Origin: Malacoraja senta
Lineage: Eukaryota
Direction of reading: 5' to 3'
Length of the DNA stretch: 64,000 nucleotides
Assembly (NCBI GenBank): GCA_038087875.1
Contig: CM075990.1
Span: forward strand, 5,396,001 to 5,460,000
The notes beneath the pieces were generated by a model. That model was not told the DNA's origin. It did not search any database and was given only the letters and a program-made list of their open reading frames with translations. The translations under genes and the position numbers were made by a program. Shown here piece by piece: positions 36,409 through 47,300 of the stretch (positions within the stretch are counted from its first letter, which is position 1; every line of letters begins with the position of its first letter).

Positions 36409-39400
36409 TATTCCCAGTTACAGGGTTTCTAGCTGAAAATAGAATGGGGAATGGCAATAATGGTTAAATGAAACAATTACATCTATGAGAAAGATCATCA
36501 AAGTTTATGGTTGAATTAAAGAGGTGAAAGGGCAACCAATCTACTGTGTACTACAAACAACCATAGAGTCTAAGGTGAAGATAGGTACAAAAACTGGATT
36601 GACTCAGCAGGTCCGACAGCATATCTGGAAAAACAGAATAAGGAGAAAAGGAGAAAAGACTGAATTGAATGAATGAATGAATGAATAAGTTTATTGGCCA
36701 AGTATTCACATACAAGGAATTTGCCTTGGTGCTCCGCCCGCAAGTGACAACATGACATACAGTGACAGTTAGAAATGACACATAAAACATTAAACATTAA
36801 TAATAAAATAACAAATAATAATAATGAAGAAGGGTCTTGACCCGAAACGTCACCCACTCCTTTTCTTCTTAACCCGGTGAATTACTCCAGTTTCTTGTGT
36901 CTATCTTCAGTTTAAACCAGCATCTGCAATTCCTTTCTACACATACAGTCAATGGTGTATGGAAGAGAACATTTGGAGAGAAGTCTTTGACGAGTGTAAA
37001 AACAATGGGGCTTTGATTATGGGGGATTTCAATTACCCAAATATTAATGGAATGCAATTGTTGTTAAATATGTAGAGGACACAGACTTCCTAAACTGTAT
37101 TCAGGTTGGTATGAAGTCACCCAAACAAGAGGGGAAGCAATTTTCCATTTAGTTTTTGGGAATTAAAGGGGCTGTCCCACTGCAGTGACCTAATTGCCGA
37201 GTTTAGAAGAGTTTAGGAGACTTTGAAAAAATGTCATGTTGAAGACCTCCTTCGACTTCCTCCGACTATGTTGAAGACTAGCTTCGACTAGCTTCTGGAA
37301 AATTGGACACCGAATAGTGAAGAGTGAAGACGACCTCCTTCGATCTCTTTCGACCTCCTTTCGACTATGTTGAAGTCTATCTACGACTACCTTCGACTAC
37401 CTTCGATTACCTTCGACTACCCTCGATTACCTACGAATAACATGCCGACCTACTACATTATCCATGTCTGCCTTTATTTAGAAGTTGGTCGAGGGTATTG
37501 TGATGCTGTAGGTTTAGGTTGGTAAAGATCCTCGTATTGGGGGTGTTGAGTGTAAGGCACGTTCTCTCATATGCTTCAGTCAATTAGTCAACGGTATCTA
37601 AGTAATAACAACTGCAGATGCTGGTTTATACCAAAGCTTGACAAAAAAATGCTGGAGTAACTCAGTGGGCCATGCAGCATATCGGAGAATATTGATAGGT
37701 GATGTTTCGGGTTGGGACCCTTCTTCACACTGATTGCAGTAAGGGGAATGGGAAATAAAAGCTGGAAGAGAAAAGGACAAATCATGGCCAGCCACAAATG
37801 ACCTCAGTCGAGGGGGTTCCCTGATAGTTGGGCAAAGGTGAGACATAGGTGTGAGCCCAAGATATATACATAGTTGCAAACTGTGAAGCTAGTTAATGCA
37901 CTTTTAATGCGGGTGGAGGGGGGTGGAGAAACGAGAGCAAGGTCAACCAAGCTTTAAGGGAGTGGGTGGGAAAATAAGAGAGCGGGGGGTGGAGAAAAAG
38001 GAGGGGGAAGGGGGTGTCTTACAGCTTGACCCCCAATTGTGTACATACACAAGCATTGTTTGTATCTTGCAATTCGACTGGTGATGTTTGGATGAGGTTG
38101 GTTCTAGAGTGTAGGTGATCGTATTTGAACTGTTTTCTATTAGCTGTGAAGACTGACTGCACTGCTCCACGAAGTCTGTTGAAGGTGCAATATTTTGGCA
38201 ATAGAGATTGAGCAATGCATTATGCAGTTTTGTCTGACATTGATCTTCACTGAGATCAGCTCATTTGGTTTGTACCATGGATTGCAGGCAGTTGTGAAGC
38301 AAAAATGAGATGTAGACAAATTTCAGTGGGCAGCTGAATTTGAGGAGAGAGAGTTTCTCTTGTTCTTCCCTCTGAGTAATCCTCTTCATTCACCCCACCA
38401 GGCTCCACATTTAACTGATCAGCATTCACCATTCCATCAACTCCAACAAAATTCCACTACTGTATTCTTCCCTCCTCCTTCAACGCTTCAAGGGGGATTG
38501 CTCCCCTCGCGACGCCTTGGTCTTCAGGCCTCATAAAGCACTTATGGGCCTGCCCCACATACGCAATTTTTTCGCCGACTTGCTGGCACCCGTCATAGTC
38601 GCAGCAGTTTGCCGAAAATTTTCAACATGTTGAAAATCCTGCGGCGACCAGAAAAAGGTACGACTCTTTGGGCGACTACTCACGACCATACAGCCAGATT
38701 AATAAGCAGGTTGAGCAGAAACAAGGAAATTCAAAAAGGGCAGCGCTTTGTATGGAGTCTACAGATTTTGGGCAAGGCATTTGACGAAATCCCACTTGGC
38801 AGATGAGTCAATGAAGTAAAAGCTCATGGATTCAAAAGAGGGTAGAAAATTGGATTGTAAATTGGCTCAGTGATAGAGAGCAAATTGCTGTTTCTGTATC
38901 GAGAAATCTGTAACCAGCGGAGTTCCATGGGGCTCTGCACTTTATACCTTGCTTTGTTTAACATAGGTTATTTTTTTTCCTTTGAGCGCAGGAAGATCAT
39001 AAAGAAGTCTGTAAATTATATAAATATTGGGTTTGTGGAGGAAATCTGATGGTGAAAAGGAAAGGATTAGACTGTAGGAATATGTTGATGGTTGTAGTCA
39101 ATTGGGTGGTAAAGTAGCAAATGGAATTCAATCCAGAGAAGTGAGTGGTAAGGCCTCTGCGGAGATGCAACATAGGCAAGTGAAATACATGACAAATGGG
39201 ATGATACATTGGAGGTGGTCTCGGAAAGGAGGATCCTTCTTAAACTGCGGGGCATCTTGGACAATACAGTTCACCCCCTCCATGGCACACTGGTCAACCT
39301 GAGGAGCACCTTCAGCAACAGACTGGTTCCACCAAGGAGCAGCACAGAATGCCACAAGAGATCCTTTTTCCCTGTGGCTATCAAACTGCATTCCCTCACC

Positions 39401-39659
39401 CCATCTTTGCACATCCCTCATCCTGGATTTTCCCATTCAATAATTTAATTTCATGCGATATGTGCAATATCACATATGTGCGGTGCTCACTTACATTTCA
39501 TTATTATTCTAATGCACATGACACTTTCAATGCCTTGTAACTGAATCTTTTGACTGTTGGCAGACCAATTTCCCTCTGGGATAAATAAAGTTGTATTGTA
39601 TCGTATACTGAGAATTATGGAAGAGCAAGAACAGAAGTGTAGCTATGAGGCAAGTTGGG

Positions 39660-40363
39660 ATAGGTCATCGTTGACTTCACGAAAAACCGGCACAGTCATA
39701 CACCACTACACATTAATGACATTGATGTGGAGTTGGTCAGTAGCACTAAGTTCCTGGGGGTGCAGATCACAAACAGTCTGACCTGGTCACAAAACATCGC
39801 ATCACTAGTTAAGAGAGCGCAGCAGCGTTTGCACTTTCTGCGCCGGATGAGAAGAGCTCACCTCCCCCATCCCGTCCTCACCACTTTTTACAGGGGCACC
39901 ACGGAGAGCATTTTGACCAGCTGCATCTCTGTCTGGTTTGGGGACTGCAAAGCCTCCGACTGGAAGTCCGTGCAGAGAGTGGTGAGGACGGCTGAAAAAA
40001 TCATCGGGACTTCTCTTCCTTCAACGTTGCTTGTCCAAGGCCAACAGCATTATAAAAGACCCCACACATCTCCATCATGGACTGTTCACTCTGCTGCCCT
40101 CGGGCAAAAGGTATCTCAGTATAAGGAGCAGAACGGCCAGGTTCTGCAACAGCTTCTTCCCCCGAGCCATCAGACTCTTGAATTCCATATAATGTGCCAC
40201 CACTATTATCTATTTAATCTTTTTATCTATTTTATCTTTTTATCTATTTTAACCTTTTGTTATTTTATGTTGCACGGTGAGCCAGATGCAAGGAAATTTC
40301 GTTCAGATTTGCATTTGTTGGTGTATTTTTGAATGACAGTAAAGTCTTTGATTGATTGATTGA
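39660..40363 (+). mobile_element. Rex1/Babar-like LINE 3' fragment
   Basis: KFLGVQITNSLTWSQN..KRAQQRLHFLRR..FYRGTTESILT; (ATTG)n tail. Confidence 0.8.
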
Positions 40364-40571
40364 TAGGTTGAAGTTGTTTTATTTGCAATGGAAAGGCTGA
40401 AGGGAAACTTAATTAAGGTGTATAAAATTGAGACGCCAAGATGGGTTAAATATAGAATACCAGAGTTACCTCAACAGGGGATCAAATTCCAGTGGATATA
40501 GATTTGTGGTAACTGGTGGAAGAAAGATGAGGTGAACATTTTTCAGTCAGAGGAGTCTAGAAATCACTGCC

Positions 40572-41160
40572 TAGGGTTGCCAACTGTCCCGTATTAGCCG
40601 GGACATCCTGTATATTGGGCTAACTTGGTTTGCCCCATACGGGACCGCCCTTGTCCTGTATTTGACTGCTACTACTCGGGTCGGGTCGGGTCAAGGGGAC
40701 TGTCTGGTCGGAGCGCCTCACCCGTCCCGATGTAGTGCAGCCCATGGAGTGCAGCAGCAGCACCTTGCCCGTGGCCCCATTCTGTCGGCAGCCCAGCCAG
40801 CTGTCCGACCTTCGGACCTTTGCTTCCCGCCGACACCACCACCCCTCCTTCTCATGGCCGATCATCGGTTCATGAGTTGGATGGGGTGCCAGACTTTGCG
40901 TACAGCAGAACACAAAGCCTAACAGGCGGGCCTGCTGAGGAGTTTTGGCCCAGGCCGCGCGACGTCACACGCAAAGCCCGGCGCCCGGGCCAAAACTCCT
41001 CAGCTGGCCCGCCGGCTGGGCTTTGTGTGCAGTCCAGCACCCGGGCCAACTCATCATTCACCCAGCCACGGCCGAGTTGGTCAACGAATTGCCGTCGGGA
41101 ATACGTCCCTTATTTTGACCGTTTGTCCCTTATTTGGGAGTGAGAAAGTTGGCAACCCTA
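40572..41160. mobile_element. hAT-family non-autonomous element
   Basis: TIR TAGGGTTGCCAACT / AGTTGGCAACCCTA; perfect 8-bp TSD TCACTGCC (40564-71, 41161-68); GC-rich interior. Confidence 0.9.
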
Positions 41161-42995
41161 TCACTGCCTGAAATGGTTGGACATTTACGCCTTACTTACA
41201 TTTACGTACACATACGTCTACTTGAAGATACATGATTCTCCAGGTAGTGAATCAAGGATTAGATGCTGGGAGTTAGTTGGGTAGCTATTTATTGATCAGG
41301 ACTAATGGAGTGCAGTCATTTTTTTCATGATCTAGCATGATCTGCAATAAATGTGCACTAGGAAAAAAACTGTTAAAACTAACATGTGCCTATACAGAAG
41401 GACCGGATAAACATTGAACTAGTTCTGAACAACACTTTAAAGTTGCTGTGTATCAGCGTGAATAGAGAAGCTTTGTGTGGTGTTTCATTCACAGTGTGTT
41501 TTAATATGGGAGTTCATGGTCATTGCATCAGTAGCTGGAACAAGATATATTTACACCACTGTAATAAATCAATGCTGGTTAAACATTGCAGAGAGCATCA
41601 GTTTGAAAAGATAGCTGCAAGCAAGCTGGAAAATGAGACATTTTGTATCACAAGATAACAAATCATGAGGAAGGTCGTTCAACTCGTCACAGTTCAGCCA
41701 TCCAAAGAGCCACAAATAATCCCATTTCAGTATCCATCTTGCTCCCGAAGGATTCTATCAACAACAACCTGCTTTTATTTGCCACAATATCGCAAGTCAT
41801 TGTGCAGGGGTGTTAGACTAAAATGGGTCAGAGAGTCATAAGACTGGTCTCAGTTTGAATTAAAGCATGTTTAAAAAATAATAATATAGAGAGTTAGTAG
41901 ATGTTGGCATCTGAACCTTTCCCGTATAAATTTACTAGCAAAGAAAGAAACTATCATTGGTCGGATAGTCGGCGACTAAATCGTCACCCCCACCTGGTTT
42001 GCCCGGTGAGGAGGGGGCTGTGGCCCCCCAGCAGGACCAAAAATAAGACCTGCCAAAGGGTGGATGAGCTTCCAGCGAGTCAACAGCCATCCACACTTCA
42101 GTAGAAATTGCGACCACTGTCGTACATGGCATTGTAAGGAATGATGATAAAGCGCACACACCAAAATCCTATACTTCCAGCGGCGGGAACTGGACAGAGA
42201 TGTGTGGTTCGTCCGTCACCGTTCCTGTTGGAAACCAGCACCACTGCGTCGCTAATGTTTTCAACAATGTTGAATGAATGACTCTTCATCACAATACAGG
42301 GTGTCGGGGAGATTCACTGCGATGTTGTCTGGGTCCATCAAGACTCAAAACGCTCAATAACATTCACGACAAAGCAACTTAGTTGCTTAGTACACAATAC
42401 ATCGGCCTTACTCTCTACTTTCACTGTATTTACAAATGTAATACTAAAAGGCATAGTGACACAGTGGCGCAGCTGGCAAACTGGGACAGCCCCATAAGTT
42501 CATAGCGCCTTATACCCAGGTTCGATCCTGACCCCTGGTGCTGTCTGCGTGGAGTGTACACTTTTTCCAGGTGCTCCGGTTTCCTCCCACATCCCAAAGC
42601 CGTGCAGGTTTGTAAGTTAATTGGCCTTTGTACATTGCCCCTAGTGTGTAGGGAGCGGAAGGAGGGTAACATGGAACTAGTGTGAACAGGGGAACGATGG
42701 TCAGTGTGGACTCGCTGTGCCATTGGTCTGTTTCCATGCTGTATCATGAAACTAACCTAAACTATTACAAATAACACAGCATTTGCTAATCAAGGCTTTT
42801 TTTTGAGAAGAAGATCCGTATCTGTAATCTTGACCATCCAAAGGACCAGGTCAACAGATGAATGGTAGCATTATCACTTTTAGGTTTCCCTCCTAGTGAC
42901 ACGTTATCCGGTTTTATGAGGTTATTGCTGTTCCTTTATCATTGCTGGGTCTAAATCCAGGAATTACCTAACCAACAATGGTTGGTTAACCAATA

Positions 42996-43298
42996 GGGCA
43001 GCATGGTGGCACAGTGGTAGAGTTGCTGCCTCATAGCGCCAGAGACCCGGGTTCAATCCTGACTATGGGTGCTGTCTGTACGGAGTTTGTACGTTCTCCC
43101 CTTCACCACATGGGCTTCCCCTGCGTGCTCTGGTTTCCTTTCACACTACAAAGGCGTACGGGTTTGTAGGTTAATTTGGCTTTGGTAAAAATTGTCCCTA
43201 TTGCGTAAGATAGTGCTGCCAGGGGATCACATGGACACAGTGGGCCGAAGGGCCTGTTTCCGCACTGTATCTCTAAACTAAATTAAACTAAATTAAAC
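42996..43298 (+). mobile_element. V-SINE (HE1-like) whose tail hosts the ribozyme insert
   Basis: A/B boxes and V-domain; the (CTAAA)n tail resumes at 43442-43463. Confidence 0.88.
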
Positions 43299-43441
43299 CG
43301 ATCTAACCTCGCTCGTGTGTCAGATGACATATTGCTCGTTGTTGGCTCCTGTCGTCGTCCAACATGTTGACAGAATTGGTCGCCCAACGCATCACAGAGT
43401 GCACCGGAGATCGCCACGAGGAGGCTTCTGTCACGATCCCC
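43299..43441 (-). mobile_element. ~143 bp ribozyme-headed retroposed insert
   Basis: Interrupts the (CTAAA)n tail of a V-SINE. Flanked by ATTAAAC at 43292-43298 and 43442-43448 (extends to 17 bp with one mismatch). The 5' boundary equals ribozyme G1. Confidence 0.7.
43368..43441 (-). ncRNA. HDV-like (delta-like) self-cleaving ribozyme
   Basis: Minus strand: P1 GGGGAUC/GAUCUCC; P2 UGACAGAA/UUCUGUCA; P3 GCC/GGC; L3 UCCUCGU; P1.1 CC/GG; variable P4; J4/2 A-C-C-A-A with the catalytic C at 43379. Element order is that of the nested double pseudoknot. Confidence 0.88.
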
Positions 43442-43789
43442 ATTAAACTAAACTAAACTAAACAACACTCCTGGAGTATCCTTACCACACTGAGTGGTTT
43501 AACAAGACAACTTGTCTTCACGTTCTCAAGAGAAAGCAGACAGGAGGGATAACTACCGGCTCAGCAGTAACACTCACATCCTGGGACCAAACAAAAGTTG
43601 TCGCGCTTTGTTTTAGATAATGCTTTGGAGTATTCATATTTGAATGAAAATAATATTCTGTATTTTTATTAAATGAAATACCATACCATGTACACTTGTA
43701 AAGTAGATTTTGATCGCATTACATCCAACAAAGGTAACATTGAAACTTACAAATAACCATTAAAAATACCACACAGTGTGGCTGCGTAA

Positions 43790-44371
43790 AGGGCCTGTCC
43801 CACTTGGGCAACCTAATCCCCGAGTTCTGGCGAGTTTGCCCTCGACTCATACTCGCAGCATGGTCGACACGAAGTCATAGGAGGTCTTCGTAACTCTCCT
43901 TCATGCTCGAGAGTGGTCTCCGCGTACTCGAGGCCTCAGCTAGGTCGCGGCGTTTTTTTCAATATGTTCAAAAACGCCCGCGAGAAAGAAAAGGTCGGCG
44001 TGGAAAAAATCTATACTTTTTTTACTCATAGGTTTAGCCGTTGTAGGTCGTAGTAGGTCGGTATGTTAGTTGTAGGTAATCGAGGGTAGTCGAAGGTAAT
44101 CTAAGGTAGTCGTAGATAGTCATCATCATAGTCGAAGGGAGGTCGAAGGGAGGTCAAAGGAGATTGACAGAAGTCGTCTTCACTCTCCACTATTCGGTGT
44201 CCAATTTTCCGAAGTTAGTCGTAGCCAGTCGTAGCTAGTCGAAGCTGGTCTTCAACATAGTCGAAGCAGGTTGAAGGAGGTCTTCTACATAGTCGAAGGA
44301 GGTCTTCAACATGTCATTTTTTCAAACTCTTCTAAACTCGCCAATTAGGTCGCCCAAGTGGGACAGCCCCT
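43790..44371. mobile_element. PIF/Harbinger-like MITE with internal (TAGTCGAAG)-like repeats
   Basis: TIRs AGGGCCTGTCCCACTTGGGC / GCCCAAGTGGGACAGCCCCT with TAA TSD (43787-89, 44372-74). A partial inverted copy at ~37166-37456. Confidence 0.85.
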
Positions 44372-44374
44372 TAA

Positions 44375-47300
44375 TTTTATGAAGAAGCCTGCCAGTCCGC
44401 ATGCGCGTCAATGCGTCTAGCGCATGGCGGAAGTCGGAGCAGTTTTCGCACTGCTCTGCAAGGTAAGTCAATTTTCTTTGGGCCGCTCTATAGCATGCCC
44501 AAAAGTAGTTTGGAAGCTCCACTGGAGCTAGAGTAGTAGTATTTTTTCGCCGCAGTTTGAGCTCTCCAACGGGAGCAGGCGGCTGAAATTATAGGGCTCC
44601 ATGCGGTTGTTAGACCGGTGTAGGCTCCTTAGGAGCTGGGATTACGGCTGTTGCCGCTATAGTCGTATTGGCAGCTGACGGCCCAAATGGGAAGCACCGG
44701 CTAGGATAAGTTGCAGCTGCCGGCATCAGAGCTCCATACGGGAGCAGGCAGCCAGCGTCAGAGAGAGCGTGAGGCTCTGTAACGAGCTTACATTCATAAA
44801 TTGCGGGTGCCGGCAGCCAGGTCTATTTTACTGCAGGAGATTTCCAGCAGCAGGTGAGTTAAAAATAGCCGCGGCCGACAGCTACCGCTTAGGCAGCTCA
44901 GCCTACTGTACCACCAAACAATTTTAACAAAGTTACTGCTACAGCTATGCTGCAGCAACATATAGTGTATACTTTAAATTGGACGGCTATAATAGAATTG
45001 GCATTTATATCAGTTGCCACGGGGTCACGTTTGTGACTATCATAGCCGATAGCATTCTATAAGTCAGGATTAATTCTTTGGCAAATATGTCTTATCATGC
45101 CAATTTAGTTTATGTTTTAAAAGAGATATTATAAGGGACATTTATTATCACTTACACCTATGGTGTAGTGGAATTGGACTTGCCATTGCAGTCCAGAGCT
45201 CCTGGCTTGAGAAGCCTTGTTTGAGCTGTGCCTATCAGTCACCTGAAGGAGCTACACCAGGTGGCGTCATGGTAATTTCCGCTCATTGGATGGGATTGTG
45301 GTAGATTATTTTACAAAATACTCCAACTATATGCATATCAATAAAGTAGTCGAATCTCTGACTTTATAGGGATAGGTTTCGTTTAATCAGATAAAAGTCA
45401 TTGCCTATAACAACACCTGGCAGGTTTGCAGTATTTCTCTGTCTGGCGTATGGCGGCCAGAAGGCGCTCCAGTCCTTCCCTGTAATATTCCGTTGACTCC
45501 GGAAGGGAGCAAGGACTCGGAGTCACTAGCAGGCGCAGTCTGTTTGATAATCATGATAATAACAGAGCACCGATCTGCAGCTAGTCTCGGTTCGGCCGCT
45601 AAAGGAAGCAGCCTGACAACCCCAAGTCGGGGCAAAGTCATAGCCAAGTCTTGGGACATCTATGCCAGATATGATTGGGCTTTGTCCCAATTAGAACATC
45701 TGATGAATCAAATTATAACACAAGGAATGCTCCGTCTTATGAAGGCATGTCAGGCAGCAGCTCCTGGTTCAGGGTTGCAAATTTTCCTCCCTCAGATGAA
45801 AGGAGTGGTGGAGATGGTGCAAAAGTATATGCACATATGCCTGAAGCAGCTCCTGGTTCAGGGTTGCAATTTTCCTCCCACTCGGTTCAACGTAGTGATG
45901 GAGATGGTGCCAAAGTATATGCACACAAGCCTGAGGCAGCTCCTGGTTCAGGGTTGCATAAGTCCTCCCATTCGGATGTATGAAGTGATGGAGATGGAGC
46001 CATATATATTATGCTCCGTATTACGGAAGCATGCACAGGCAGTTCAAGTCCTTTGCCTGTAGCTGCCCTGGTTTCAAGGTTCATATTTTCCTCTCATTCG
46101 AAAGACTATCGGAGATGGTGTCACAAAATATGCTCGGTATTATGGAAGCATGCACAGACAGTCCGAGGCATACGGATATGGCAACGCCTGGTTCAGGGTG
46201 CAAATTTTCTCCCACTCCAAGAGAGTGTCAGAGATCAGTATGGACTGACTCCAAACATGAGCCCGAACATGACTATGTGCTGGGATTCCATGCATGATGT
46301 ATGACAATCGTATGAGGGGAGAAAAGCTGTGTGCTCTTGTCTCTAAAACTTGCTGCTCCCTCGGGGACGGACAAGCCACTACAAGATAAGTTGGCCAGTG
46401 GCATCACCTATCTAACAGAAATGACAAGCATGATGGACAGGGTCTGCAAATGGAACTTCGCTGAAGCTCCAACGAAGGAAATCGACCTGGGGTTAGAGAC
46501 GCTGGTAAGTAAGGTCTCATTATTAACCTCCGTAAACTCCGAAATGGAGCAGTCTGTCGGCCCATAATGGGTTTACTTCCAGCATGGGCTGGCTAGTCAT
46601 TTTTTCACTGTTCTCTGGGATAAGATCAGGTTGATGTAGAGACATTGGCAAGGTGCCTTGCACGGTAACCTCTGTAAGTTCCAAGTAGGAACAGTTTGGT
46701 TACCCTGGATCGGGGTAGACCATGATGAAACTGGCTGGCAATATGAGTCATAGTGAGCAGAGAAGCACTGCTTCATCATCTATGAGAGGTTATCAGACTG
46801 GTCAATAGAATAAAGTAATTGAAGTTTTCTCAACATATAGTTTATTTCTCCTCAGTTAGCAGAGTGACTGGTTCATTGAAATCTTCATTGCCATCCTCTC
46901 TGGGACAGGTAGTTACCAGCAGGAAGCTTGTCTGGCATATAATATAACTTTATCTGACCTGCAGGTTCATGTTGTGATTCAACGATGTATTCATAATAAT
47001 CCATAGGCTCCCAATACCAGTATTCCTGATTGAGTGGTAGGTTGAAGAGATTGTGTTATGCACTCTGGAGACTTAGACATGTGCTCTCAGTCAAGGGACT
47101 GCGAGGTATTCCTGATGCAGCCTAGCATTATACTAATCTCCACTCTGAAGGAAAACGCTACGTATTCATGGTGACTCTGTGTGAAGAGTTGACAGGGAAC
47201 TCGTATTCTCACATCTAAGGGAGACTGTGGTTTCAGCTCTAGTCATTAGCTGCTGATTATATATTATCAGCGATATGTATGAATAGCTAGATAATGCATC

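Noticed and set aside
37230..37456. CRISPR-like or satellite array of CTTCGACTA repeats (also 44030-44310)
   Set aside because: No unique spacers; these are internal repeats of a Harbinger-like MITE in a eukaryotic genome.
41950..42050. Second HDV-like ribozyme on the minus strand (CCC-UCCUCACC-GGG-CAAACCA-GG; GGGGGCCACAGC resembles the CPEB3 ribozyme start)
   Set aside because: No adequate P1 5' strand and no P2 partner after the candidate J4/2.
45493..46567. ORFs 45493-46567 as a host gene
   Set aside because: Inside the DIRS element, broken across frames by indels, and explained by the 90-bp repeat.
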